DNA of 30,498 nt from a virus. Its lineage: Duplodnaviria > Caudoviricetes. The position numbers and the translations under genes were made by a program. The notes under the pieces are model-generated. The model made no database searches. It was not told the origin of the DNA and saw only the letters and a program-made list of their open reading frames with translations. The DNA lies in the IMG/VR virus record IMGVR_UViG_3300029318_000065, positions 1 to 30,498 of that record; one strand, given 5' to 3'. The stretch's first letter is position 1. Each line of letters opens with the position of its first letter. Shown here piece by piece: positions 8,541-17,338 of this stretch.

Positions 8541-10793
8541 ATGGCAGCCAATCAATTATCGCCAGGTGTAGTTGTACAGGAAAGAGACCTGACAACTATT
8601 ACCACATTATCGACCGCTAACGTTGGTGTGCTTGCTGCACCATTTGAGTCTGGTCCTGTTGAAGAAATCGTAGAAGTCTCCAGTGAGAGGGATCTTGTAG
8701 ATCAATTTGGTAAACCTAATGACTATAACTATGAGTTTTGGTATACTGCTGCTCAGTTTCTCTCCTATGGCGGTCTTTTAAAAACAATTCGCGTAGACTC
8801 TTCAGCACTTAAGAACGCAGTTAGTAATGGCACTGCGGTTAAAGTAAAAAACTCTAGTGAGTATGAAACCACCTATGAAGGTGCTACAAATACATGGAAG
8901 TATGCTGCAAGAACTTCTGGAACCAAAGGTAATTCTATCGGTATTTTCGTAACAGACGCTGGCGCTGATCAGATCGCTGTTGTTCCTGCTCCTGGTTCTG
9001 GTAACGATCATGAATTCGTTGCTGATGAAGCACTCTCCGCAACTTCAGGCGCTGCTGGTAAAGTATTTAAGTATAGTATTGTCCTGACTGTTGATACAGT
9101 AGTCGGTGACTTTGCAGTCGGCACTACTACAACTGTTTCAATCTCTGGTTCTAACCAGACAGTTAACGTTCTTGCTTGGGATCCTGCTAATAAGAAACTT
9201 GAAATTGGTCTTCCTTCTGGTGGTATCACTGGTATCCTTGCTGATGGACAGACTGTAACTCAAGGATCTAACACTTGCGTTATCGCTACTAGCGGTATTG
9301 AGCGTAGAGTGTACATTGCTCTGAACAAGTCTAGCATTGAATTTGCTGCTGCTGATAGTATCGCTGATACTAACTCAACTGCTGTTGCAATCACTTCAGT
9401 TCGTTCTGAGTATGCTGAGCGTGAGTATCTGCCTGGTTCTAAGTGGGTCAACGTTGCTCCTCGTCCTGCTACTTCTTTGTTTGCAAACAATGCAGGTGGA
9501 TTTAGAGACGAACTTCACATCCTTGTAATTGACGTTGATGGTGGTATCACTGGCACAACTGGTGCTGTTCTTGAGCGTTTCGTTGGTGTTTCTAAAGCAT
9601 CTGACGCCAAGACATCTGTTGGAGAAACAAATTACTATAAGGAAGTAATTAAGCAAAAGTCTGAGTATATCTATTGGGGTCTGCACGAGACAGGCGTATT
9701 TAACGCAACTGCTTCTGCTTCCGCAGGAAACTGGGGTGCTGCTGCTAGTGCTCGTCAGTTCAATCTTCTTCGTTCTGCTGATGGATCTACTGATTATCCT
9801 GCAGGAAGAACAACTGTAGGTTCTAAGAACAACGCTACTTTCTACTATCGTCTTTCTGGTGGTGTAGATTACTCAATCTCTGGTGGTTTGTATTCTGTTA
9901 CTAACACTTCTCTTGCTACTGCATATGAGTTAGCAGAAGATCCTGAATCTCAAACTGTAGACTTCATCCTTACTGGTCCTGCTGGTGCTGATGACGCTGC
10001 TGCAATCGCTAAAGTAACTTCTTTGGTTAACATCGCTGAAGAGCGTAGAGATTGTATGGTATTTGTTTCACCTCGTCGTGCAAACGTAATTGGTGTTACT
10101 AACACTACTACCGCTACAACAAATATTGTTAACTTCTTCAAGCAACTGCCTAGTTCTTCTTACATGGCATTTGACTCTGGTTATAAGTACATCTATGATA
10201 AGTATAACGATGTTTATCGTTATGTTCCTTGTAACGGTGACGTTGCAGGTCTTTGCTTACAAACCTCTGAAGTCTCTGAACCTTGGTTCTCACCTGCTGG
10301 TTTCCAGCGTGGTGTTCTGAGAAATGCAATTAAACTTGCATACACTCCAACCAAAACACAAAGAGATCGTCTGTATGCAAACAGAATCAATCCAATCGTA
10401 TCGTTCCCTGGTCAAGGCGTCGTCCTCTTTGGCGACAAGACTGCCCTCGGTTTCGCTTCCGCATTCGACAGAATCAACGTCCGTCGTCTGTTCCTCTCTA
10501 TCGAGCGTGTCATCAGTGGTGCTGCTAAGGCACAACTCTTTGAGCAAAACGATGAGGCACAACGTTCACTCTTCCTGAATATCATCGAACCTTTCCTTCG
10601 CGATGTTCAAGGTCGTCGTGGTGTGACTGACTTCTTCGTCAAGTGTGACTCTGACAACAACCCTCCTGAGGCAGTTGATCGTGGCGAGTTCTACGCAGAA
10701 GTATTTGTGAAACCCACAAGAACAATCAACTTCATTACTTTGACATTCGTTGCTACACGTTCTGGCGTTTCTTTCAGCGAAGTCGCATCCTGA
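8541..10793 (+). CDS. g18: contractile tail sheath protein (gp18)
   Basis: LSPGVVVQERDLT N-terminus, FGKP, WFSPAG..RG, RINVRRLF, KPTRTINFITLTF. Confidence 0.97.
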   Translation: MAANQLSPGVVVQERDLTTITTLSTANVGVLAAPFESGPVEEIVEVSSERDLVDQFGKPNDYNYEFWYTAAQFLSYGGLLKTIRVDSSALKNAVSNGTAVKVKNSSEYETTYEGATNTWKYAARTSGTKGNSIGIFVTDAGADQIAVVPAPGSGNDHEFVADEALSATSGAAGKVFKYSIVLTVDTVVGDFAVGTTTTVSISGSNQTVNVLAWDPANKKLEIGLPSGGITGILADGQTVTQGSNTCVIATSGIERRVYIALNKSSIEFAAADSIADTNSTAVAITSVRSEYAEREYLPGSKWVNVAPRPATSLFANNAGGFRDELHILVIDVDGGITGTTGAVLERFVGVSKASDAKTSVGETNYYKEVIKQKSEYIYWGLHETGVFNATASASAGNWGAAASARQFNLLRSADGSTDYPAGRTTVGSKNNATFYYRLSGGVDYSISGGLYSVTNTSLATAYELAEDPESQTVDFILTGPAGADDAAAIAKVTSLVNIAEERRDCMVFVSPRRANVIGVTNTTTATTNIVNFFKQLPSSSYMAFDSGYKYIYDKYNDVYRYVPCNGDVAGLCLQTSEVSEPWFSPAGFQRGVLRNAIKLAYTPTKTQRDRLYANRINPIVSFPGQGVVLFGDKTALGFASAFDRINVRRLFLSIERVISGAAKAQLFEQNDEAQRSLFLNIIEPFLRDVQGRRGVTDFFVKCDSDNNPPEAVDRGEFYAEVFVKPTRTINFITLTFVATRSGVSFSEVAS

Positions 10794-10810
10794 TAAACAC
10801 ACACATAATC

Positions 10811-10837
10811 AAGAGACCCTACGGGGTCTCTTTTTTT
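10811..10837 (+). terminator. rho-independent terminator
   Basis: AAGAGACCC-TACG-GGGTCTCTT followed by a T tract. Confidence 0.9.
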
Positions 10838-10857
10838 GTCTGAAAATACACTTTTGT

Positions 10858-10864
10858 CTAAATA
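10858..10864 (+). promoter_or_regulatory. late promoter
   Basis: CTAAATA between the terminator and the g19 RBS (GGAG). Confidence 0.7.
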
Positions 10865-10890
10865 TTAAAGACGGAGACACCTAAAATAAA

Positions 10891-11475
10891 ATGGCAAAAA
10901 GAGGAACGATTGACGACTTTAAGGCAAATGTAGCTGCCGATTTTGCTCGTCCTAACCTATTCCAAGTTGATCTAGCATTTCCCTCAGGAATTATTCAAAA
11001 CAGCGACCTTGTAAATCTTGGTAAGTTCACTGTGCGTGCAGCGAATCTTCCCTCGTCACAGATCGGTGTCATTGAAGTTCCTTTTAGAGGTCGTACGCTG
11101 AAGATTGCTGGAGACAGAACGTTTGAACCTTGGACAATTACTGTTATGAACGACAGTGGTTTCGTCCTTAGATCCGCATTTGAATTGTGGGCATCTAGCA
11201 TTCAAGCATATAACGAGAACTTTACTTCCGCTGCAGGTCTTGGTGATGCTGACGACGCAACTGGATACTTTGCTGACATGAGCGTTCATCAATTGGCAAG
11301 AGATGTCAAAGATGGTCAGAAACCTAAGGTCCTTAAGTCTTATAAATTCTATAACATCTTCCCCAGTGCAATTGCTGCAATTGATCTGGACTATGGTAAC
11401 AACGATGCTATCGAAGAGTTTACTGTAGAGATGCAGGTTCAGTATTGGACTCCTCTGAATGCGTCCAACGACTAA
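10891..11475 (+). CDS. g19: tail tube protein (gp19)
   Basis: ARPNLF, LP.S.IG.IEVPFRGR.LKIAGDRTFEPWTIT..ND, IEEFTV...YW. Confidence 0.96.
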   Translation: MAKRGTIDDFKANVAADFARPNLFQVDLAFPSGIIQNSDLVNLGKFTVRAANLPSSQIGVIEVPFRGRTLKIAGDRTFEPWTITVMNDSGFVLRSAFELWASSIQAYNENFTSAAGLGDADDATGYFADMSVHQLARDVKDGQKPKVLKSYKFYNIFPSAIAAIDLDYGNNDAIEEFTVEMQVQYWTPLNASND

Positions 11476-11479
11476 CCCG

Positions 11480-11486
11480 CTAAATA
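11480..11486 (+). promoter_or_regulatory. late promoter
   Basis: CTAAATA upstream of g20. Confidence 0.7.
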
Positions 11487-11514
11487 GTAACGGACCAGTA
11501 ATTTTAGTATTATA

Positions 11515-13119
11515 ATGTCGAATCAGCTCTTCGGTTTTTCACTTGAAAGAGCAAAGAAGGTCCCTAAGGGGCCTTCTTTTGTTCAAAAAGACAACATGGA
11601 TGGTTCGCAACCTATTGTAGGTGGCGGATACTACGGATATTCTGTCGATTTCGATGGCACAGTCCGCAATGAATATGAACTGATTACCCGTTACAGGGAG
11701 ATGGTTCTACAACCAGAGTGTGATAGTGCGGTTGACGATATTGTCAATGAGACTATTTGTGGAAACTTCGATGATGTGCCTGTCGAAGTTGAATTGTCCA
11801 ACTTAAAGGCATCAGAAAAAATTAAAAAATTAATCAGAGAAGAGTTCTCGGAGATTCTCCGTTTGCTTGACTTTGACAATCGTGCTTATGAAATCTTCCG
11901 TCGCTGGTATGTTGATGGAAGATTATTTTATCATAAGGTGATTGATCCCAATAACCCTCGTGGTGGTCTTGCAGAACTTCGTTATATCGATCCTCGCAAG
12001 ATTCGCAAGGTAACTGAGTACGAACAGAAACGTCCAGAGCAATTGCGTGGACTTGATCTCAATACTCAACTAACACAAAAAGCGGCAGAATATTTTCTGT
12101 ACAATCCAAAGGGTTTAAAGAATTCTGGATCACAGCAAGGAATCAAAATTGCTTCTGATTCTGTCACTTATTGTCATTCTGGTATTCAGGATCTCAATAA
12201 GAATATGACTCTTAGTCACCTACATAAGGCAATCAAAGCAGTTAACCAATTGCGAATGATTGAAGATTCTCTGGTGATTTATCGTCTATCCAGAGCACCT
12301 GAACGTCGTATCTTCTATATCGACGTTGGTAATCTTCCTAAGAACAAAGCGGAACAATATCTCCGTGAAGTTATGGGTAGATATCGCAACAAACTTGTAT
12401 ATGATGCGAACACGGGTGAGATCAAAGATGACAAGAAGTTCATGTCCATGTTGGAGGACTTCTGGTTACCTCGCCGCGAGGGAGGGCGTGGCACTGAAAT
12501 TTCTACCCTTCCTGGCGGGCAAAACCTCGGTGAATTGGAAGATGTAAAATACTTCCAGAAGAAGCTCTACAAAGCTTTGAACGTGCCCTCATCGAGACTC
12601 GAAACTGAGACCACATTCAATATCGGTCGTGCTGCAGAAATTACTAGGGACGAAGTAAAGTTCCAGAAATTTATTGCACGTCTCCGTAAGAGATTCTCAG
12701 AATTGTTCATGGATCTCCTCAAAACTCAACTCGTTCTCAAAGGCGTTATGTCTATTGAAGAATGGGAAGACATGAAGGAGCATATTCAGTTTGACTTTAT
12801 TGCGGACAACTACTTCACTGAACTGAAGGAAATTGAAATCCGTAATGAGCGTATGAATCAAGTGAACGTCATGGATCCTTACGTTGGTAAGTACTTCTCC
12901 GTTGACTATATGCGTCGTCAGGTTCTTAAGCAAACTGAGCAAGAGATCAAAGAAATTGACAAACAAATCGACTCTGAACGCGAAGCAGGTATTATTGTTG
13001 ATCCAATGGCAGAGATGGATCCCTCTATGGATCCTAGCAATGCCCCACCTGCAGATGACATGTCCGCTCAAGAAGCACCCGCAGTAGACGCGGGAGATGC
13101 TAAGAGGGGAGAATTCTAA
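11515..13119 (+). CDS. g20: portal vertex protein (gp20)
   Basis: WYVDGR, IYRLSRAPERRIFYIDVGNLPK, EDFWLPRREGGRGTEISTLPGGQNLG, ITRDEVKF. Confidence 0.98.
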   Translation: MSNQLFGFSLERAKKVPKGPSFVQKDNMDGSQPIVGGGYYGYSVDFDGTVRNEYELITRYREMVLQPECDSAVDDIVNETICGNFDDVPVEVELSNLKASEKIKKLIREEFSEILRLLDFDNRAYEIFRRWYVDGRLFYHKVIDPNNPRGGLAELRYIDPRKIRKVTEYEQKRPEQLRGLDLNTQLTQKAAEYFLYNPKGLKNSGSQQGIKIASDSVTYCHSGIQDLNKNMTLSHLHKAIKAVNQLRMIEDSLVIYRLSRAPERRIFYIDVGNLPKNKAEQYLREVMGRYRNKLVYDANTGEIKDDKKFMSMLEDFWLPRREGGRGTEISTLPGGQNLGELEDVKYFQKKLYKALNVPSSRLETETTFNIGRAAEITRDEVKFQKFIARLRKRFSELFMDLLKTQLVLKGVMSIEEWEDMKEHIQFDFIADNYFTELKEIEIRNERMNQVNVMDPYVGKYFSVDYMRRQVLKQTEQEIKEIDKQIDSEREAGIIVDPMAEMDPSMDPSNAPPADDMSAQEAPAVDAGDAKRGEF

Positions 13120-13129
13120 ATAATAAATA
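13116..13129 (+). promoter_or_regulatory. tandem late promoter motifs
   Basis: CTAAATA followed directly by ATAAATA at the g20 stop. Confidence 0.65.
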
Positions 13130-13148
13130 ACAATGTGAGAGGAACATT

Positions 13149-13496
13149 ATGCCTAGCGAAATTGCAAAACAAATTGTACAACAAATCTTTGGAGACGATA
13201 AAGCGAAAGCAATCGACTCCGTGAATGATGCACTAGCTGCGTCTGCATATGATGCAATTCAACAGCAAAAAATTAATTTTGCTAAGAGTATGGGGTTTGA
13301 ATTAGATGATACCGCACAGGATGTTGCCGATGAAATTGCGGACACTGCTACTGACGGTACAGATATCGAACCAGAGAATGTGGATGTTGATGGTCGCAAA
13401 CCTGAAGATCCTCCCACTGACGAAGTGGAGCAACCCACTGCTGAATTAGAAACCGAAGAACAACCTGAGGAACAAACAGATGAGACTGATAGCTGA
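13149..13496 (+). CDS. acidic prohead core protein (position of T4 gp67/gp68)
   Basis: Very acidic 115-aa ORF between g20 and g21 with a GAGG RBS; assignment is by synteny. Confidence 0.65.
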   Translation: MPSEIAKQIVQQIFGDDKAKAIDSVNDALAASAYDAIQQQKINFAKSMGFELDDTAQDVADEIADTATDGTDIEPENVDVDGRKPEDPPTDEVEQPTAELETEEQPEEQTDETDS

Positions 13497-14124
13497 AGAA
13501 ATCAATAAGGTCGATTTTCTCTGTGAAGAGAATGAAGGCAAGAAAAATTACTTCATTGAAGGTGTCTTCCTGCAATCGGAAATCAAAAACCGTAACAACA
13601 GGATGTATCCTCAGAAAACTTTGGCACGCGAAGTTGCTAAATACGATGAGAACTACATTCAAAAAGGGCGTGCCCTTGGAGAATTAGGTCATCCTGATGG
13701 ACCTTCCATCAATCTTGACCGCGTTTCTCATAAAATTCTTTCTCTAAAGGAAGATGGAAACAACTTCATCGGTAAGGCAAAACTTCTCGACACACCTATG
13801 GGTAAAGTCGCTAAGTCATTGCTTGACGAAGGAGTAAAACTAGGTGTCTCTTCTAGAGGCATGGGTTCTATTCGTAAAGAAGAGAACTGTAATGTTGTTA
13901 TGGACGACTTTATGCTTGCAACTGCTGCTGATATCGTCGCTGATCCTTCCGCACCTGATGCTTTCGTTGATGGAATCATGGAAGGTAAGGAGTGGGTTTG
14001 GGATAATGGTATCCTAAAAGAGTCTGCAGTAGCAGAAATTAAACAAGAAATTGATCAAGCAACTCTTATTAATCTTCAAGAACGTAAGGTTTCCGCGTTT
14101 GAGACGTTTTTAAAGAGTTTGTGA
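13480..14124 (+). CDS. g21: prohead core protease (gp21)
   Basis: MRLIAE, NRNNRMYP, ALGELGHP, GVSSRGMGS, DIVADPSAPDAFV. Confidence 0.97.
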   Translation: MRLIAEEINKVDFLCEENEGKKNYFIEGVFLQSEIKNRNNRMYPQKTLAREVAKYDENYIQKGRALGELGHPDGPSINLDRVSHKILSLKEDGNNFIGKAKLLDTPMGKVAKSLLDEGVKLGVSSRGMGSIRKEENCNVVMDDFMLATAADIVADPSAPDAFVDGIMEGKEWVWDNGILKESAVAEIKQEIDQATLINLQERKVSAFETFLKSL

Positions 14125-14126
14125 TT

Positions 14127-14134
14127 TATAAATA
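14127..14134 (+). promoter_or_regulatory. T4-type late promoter
   Basis: TATAAATA upstream of g22. Confidence 0.8.
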
Positions 14135-14172
14135 AATACAGACAACGCTAATGCATATCGGAGTTTTTACAA

Positions 14173-15210
14173 ATGGCTGAGACCCTCTCGAAAGAGTTAG
14201 ATAACATGGAGCAAGTGGACGAAGGCTCTAACCCTGTCACCAAGAACGCAAAACCTGGTGAAAAAATGGACGCTTCCAAATCTGGAAGTCCTAAGAAAGT
14301 CGTCGATGTAGAAGGACCTGTAGGTGCTTCCGCTGAAGGCGCAAAAGGTACTAAGAATGCTGGTGCTTCTGCTGCTGGTGCAGTAAAGCATGAAGGTTCT
14401 AAGTCCCTGAGCACGAAACCTAGTGCTGCATCCGCTAAGATGGAGGAGACTGAGGATGGCGAACAAGAAGAAATCGCTGAAACCAAGTACGACTTTACTC
14501 AGGATGTTGACGCTCTTGTCGCTGGTGAAGAATTATCAGAAGAATTCAGAGAGCGAGCTGCAACAATCTTTGAAGCAGCAGTAACAGCCAAGGTAAATAC
14601 CGAAGTTGCAGCGTTGCAAGAAGCGTTTGAAACTACGCTGACTGAAGAAGTCGAAAAAGTTCAAACAGAATTGGCCGAGAAGGTAGACGACTATCTCACT
14701 TATGCCGCCGAGCAGTGGATGAAGGAAAACGCACTTCAGATCGAGCATGGCATTAAGACTGAGATGGCAGAGTCGTTCTTCAACGGTCTTAAAGGTCTCT
14801 TCTTAGAGCACAACTTTACAGTGCCTGAGGAGAAGTTCAACCTGCTAGATGGTATGGCAGGTGAGCTTGATGATATGGAAGCTAAACTCAACGAGCAAAT
14901 CGACACCAACGTATCTTTGAACAAGAGAATTGGTGAGTTTGTAAAAATGGAAATTGTGAACGAATGTGCCGCAGGTCTCGCAGAGACTCAGAAAGAGAAG
15001 CTCGCTTCTCTGGCAGAGGGTGTTGAGTTTGAAACTGAAGAAGATTTTCGTAAGAAGATCGATACTATCAAGGAATCCTACTTCACTAGAAAGGCTGAAG
15101 TTGCTGCTGCAACCGAACCCACCGAAGAAGTTTCGGAACCCCTTGTAGAAGATACCACGAGCAGCACAATGTCGAAATACGTTGATGCTCTTGCCCGTTG
15201 GTCCAAATAA
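14173..15210 (+). CDS. g22: prohead core scaffolding protein (gp22)
   Basis: ELSEEF..AATIFEAAV, VDDYL.Y....WMKEN, LKGLF.EH, IKESYF; between g21 and g23. Confidence 0.93.
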   Translation: MAETLSKELDNMEQVDEGSNPVTKNAKPGEKMDASKSGSPKKVVDVEGPVGASAEGAKGTKNAGASAAGAVKHEGSKSLSTKPSAASAKMEETEDGEQEEIAETKYDFTQDVDALVAGEELSEEFRERAATIFEAAVTAKVNTEVAALQEAFETTLTEEVEKVQTELAEKVDDYLTYAAEQWMKENALQIEHGIKTEMAESFFNGLKGLFLEHNFTVPEEKFNLLDGMAGELDDMEAKLNEQIDTNVSLNKRIGEFVKMEIVNECAAGLAETQKEKLASLAEGVEFETEEDFRKKIDTIKESYFTRKAEVAAATEPTEEVSEPLVEDTTSSTMSKYVDALARWSK

Positions 15211-15241
15211 TTAACTACTTAATCCTAGAGGAAATTTAAAA

Positions 15242-16636
15242 ATGTCTTTAAATCAACTTCAGGAGAAGTGGGCACCCGTTCTGAATCACGACAGTCTCCC
15301 CGAGATCGAAGATTCCCATAAGCGCGGCGTCGTTGCACAACTCCTCGAAAACCAAGAAAAAGCACTTGTCGAAGAAGGTCAAATCCTTTCTGAGACTCTT
15401 CAAACCGCTGGTACAGGTGGTTTCGGTGGTTCCGCTACCGCAACTGGTCCTGTTGCTGGTTTTGACCCTGTTCTGATTTCTCTGATCAGACGCTCTATGC
15501 CTCAGCTTATCGCTTATGATATTGCTGGCGTACAACCGATGACTGGTCCTACTGGACTGATCTTCGCGATGAGAACACAATACGGTACTGAGAGAGATCC
15601 TTCCAGTTCCGATTACAGAGAAGCATTCTTCAACGAGCCTAACGCAGGTTTCTCTGGTGCTGATGGTAACCGTCTTGCTGACTACGATCCGACTGCATCC
15701 AGTTCTGCTGTTAACGACGCTGAAGGCGCTAACCCTGGTCTTCTTAATGATTCCCCTGCTGGAACATATGAGTTGACAGGTGATGCTCAAGGAATGAACA
15801 CCACTGCTCTTGAAGCAATTACAGATGCTGCTGCAGCAACTGCTTTCAGAGAAATGGGCTTCTCGATCGAGAAGGTTACTGTTACTGCCAAGGCTCGCGC
15901 TTTGAAAGCAGAATACAGTATTGAACTTGCTCAAGACCTGAAGGCAATTCATGGTTTAGATGCTGAGCAGGAACTCGCTAACATCCTTAGCACTGAGATC
16001 CTTGCTGAGATCAACCGTGAAGTTGTTAGAACCATCTACACAAACGCTGTTGCTGGTGCTCAAAACAACACTGCTAACGCTGGTATCTTCGACCTCGACG
16101 TTGACTCCAACGGTCGCTGGTCTGTTGAGAAGTTCAAAGGTCTTCTGTTCCAGATCGAAAGAGACGCTAACGCAATCGGTCATCAGACTCGTCGCGGGAA
16201 GGGCAACATCCTGATCGCTTCTGCTGATGTTGTATCTGCCCTCGGCATGGCTGGCGTTCTTGACTACGCTCCTGCTCTCCAAGGTAACAACGGTCTTGTC
16301 CCTGATGACAACTCCTCTACTCTGGTTGGTACACTGAACGGTCGCATCAAGGTCTACGTTGATCCTTATTCTGCTAACGTTGCTGACAAGCACTACTACG
16401 TTGCTGGTTATAAGGGTACTTCTCCTTATGACGCTGGTCTGTTCTATTGCCCTTACGTTCCTCTTCAGCAGGTTCGTGCAATCAACCCTGACACCTTCCA
16501 GCCCAAGATTGGCTTCAAGACTCGCTACGGCATGGTCTCGAACCCCTTCGCTCAAGGTCTGACTCAAGGTTCTGGTGCTCTGACTGCTAATACTAACAAG
16601 TATTACAGAAGAGTTCAGGTTGCTAACCTTATGTGA
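15242..16636 (+). CDS. g23: major capsid protein (gp23)
   Basis: LLENQE, LIRRSMPQLIAYDIAGVQPMTGPTGLIFAMR, RALKAEYSIELAQDLKAIHGLDAE, FYCPYVPL, FKTRYG. Confidence 0.98.
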   Translation: MSLNQLQEKWAPVLNHDSLPEIEDSHKRGVVAQLLENQEKALVEEGQILSETLQTAGTGGFGGSATATGPVAGFDPVLISLIRRSMPQLIAYDIAGVQPMTGPTGLIFAMRTQYGTERDPSSSDYREAFFNEPNAGFSGADGNRLADYDPTASSSAVNDAEGANPGLLNDSPAGTYELTGDAQGMNTTALEAITDAAAATAFREMGFSIEKVTVTAKARALKAEYSIELAQDLKAIHGLDAEQELANILSTEILAEINREVVRTIYTNAVAGAQNNTANAGIFDLDVDSNGRWSVEKFKGLLFQIERDANAIGHQTRRGKGNILIASADVVSALGMAGVLDYAPALQGNNGLVPDDNSSTLVGTLNGRIKVYVDPYSANVADKHYYVAGYKGTSPYDAGLFYCPYVPLQQVRAINPDTFQPKIGFKTRYGMVSNPFAQGLTQGSGALTANTNKYYRRVQVANLM

Positions 16637-16655
16637 TCTAATCACAACTAATTTT

Positions 16656-16684
16656 AAGAGGGTGCTTGACACCCTCTTTTTTTA
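16656..16684 (+). terminator. rho-independent terminator of g23
   Basis: AAGAGGGTG-CTTGA-CACCCTCTT followed by a T tract. Confidence 0.88.
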
Positions 16685-16693
16685 TGCTATAAT
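16666..16693 (+). promoter_or_regulatory. sigma70-type promoter embedded in the g23 terminator
   Basis: Exact TTGACA (16666-16671), 16-nt spacer, TG-n-TATAAT (16688-16693); predicted start near 16700. Confidence 0.8.
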
Positions 16694-16699
16694 TTATTT

Positions 16700-16892
16700 G
16701 TAAGGAAGGGACGCCTGACTTACGGGAGTGACTGAATAAACTTACTGGCAACTGCTGGTTAAGGTGATGAGACAGGGGTGGTGCCCGCTACTGGGAACAG
16801 TAGAATCGAAAACCAATCGGGTCTCAGGCAACAACGTTTTTACTTCTGTAGTAATGCCCGTTGTTTGTTGGTATACAGGAACCCAACCTCCC
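16700..16892 (+). ncRNA. structured non-coding RNA, manA RNA motif-like
   Basis: No credible ORF. Helices: GUAAG/CUUAC 5' hairpin; closing GGGAG(16724)/CUCCC(16888); UGAGAC(16768)/GUCUCA(16821); CUACUG-GGAA-CAGUAG GNRA hairpin; ACAACG/CGUUGU; GUUGG/CCAAC; complementary loops UGGU(16779)/ACCA(16812). The structure is seen in the sequence; the manA name is from recall. Confidence 0.72.
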
Positions 16893-16908
16893 ACACACAC
16901 CACACAAG

Positions 16909-16972
16909 ATAAATAGACGTGTATCGTCGCCCTGAGGGAAGTCTGGTCAGAATCAGACACTCCCTCTTTTTT
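16909..16972 (+). ncRNA. candidate small late RNA / extended terminator hairpin
   Basis: ATAAATA (16909-16915), short leader GACGTGTATCGTCGCCCT, hairpin GAGGGA-A-GTCTGGT-CAGA-ATCAGAC-AC-TCCCTC, then T6. Confidence 0.45.
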
Positions 16973-17052
16973 ATTGTAATGTATCTTAGTATACTAAAAA
17001 TAAGAGTTGTTTCTAGGAATAAAGTACCTATCGATTTTGTTAGGGTTTCCTG

Positions 17053-17059
17053 TTAAATA
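17053..17059 (+). promoter_or_regulatory. late promoter
   Basis: TTAAATA upstream of the GAGGTG RBS at about 17075 and of the 17136 ORF. Confidence 0.55.
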
Positions 17060-17135
17060 GTAGTAGAATTAAGAGAGGTGGAAAAATGAACCCTAACCAT
17101 ACTTTTGTTATGGCAAAAAGTTCAAAGGTGAGACC

Positions 17136-17312
17136 ATGCACAACATTACAAGCCGCAATCAGTTAGACGAGTGGAGACACTTTGAAGACACCATCGATCA
17201 CATCTCAGTCGAAGAACAAAAGTTGAGTGACTACTACGAGTGTATAATTGAGTGCGAAATCACACATGACAAGTCATGTAAGTCCATTTGCAAAGAGATA
17301 CTTATGACCTAA
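17136..17312 (+). CDS. small twin-CxxxC protein (58 aa, not in ORF track)
   Basis: MHNITSRNQLDEWRHFEDTIDHISVEEQKLSDYYECIIECEITHDKSCKSICKEILMT; AGGTG RBS; followed by a terminator. Confidence 0.8.
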   Translation: MHNITSRNQLDEWRHFEDTIDHISVEEQKLSDYYECIIECEITHDKSCKSICKEILMT

Positions 17313-17338
17313 ATAGATATTCCGTGTGAAGGAAGTGG

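Noticed and set aside
15248-16672. Two long antisense ORFs (234 and 238 aa) opposite g23
   Set aside because: Shadow frames expected from the strong codon bias of a highly expressed gene; Ser/Val-rich translations with no recognisable motifs or expression signals.
16700-16892. tRNA, tmRNA or group I intron interpretation of the structured region
   Set aside because: No cloverleaf or T-loop GTTCRA, no tag frame, and it does not interrupt a gene.
16885-16906. CA-rich tract ACCTCCCACACACACCACAC resembling the Yfr1 motif
   Set aside because: Low complexity and imperfect; partly used in the closing stem; a similar CA run follows g18 (about 10797-10805). Not supportable as a mimic.
16742-16960. 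72-aa minus-strand ORF over the structured RNA
   Set aside because: It would be the only minus-strand gene in the window; it has no motif, and the plus strand has a promoter and extensive pairing.
17136-17312. CP12 as the identity of the Cys-containing microprotein
   Set aside because: Lacks the CP12 core and C-terminal motifs, and the Cys spacing differs.
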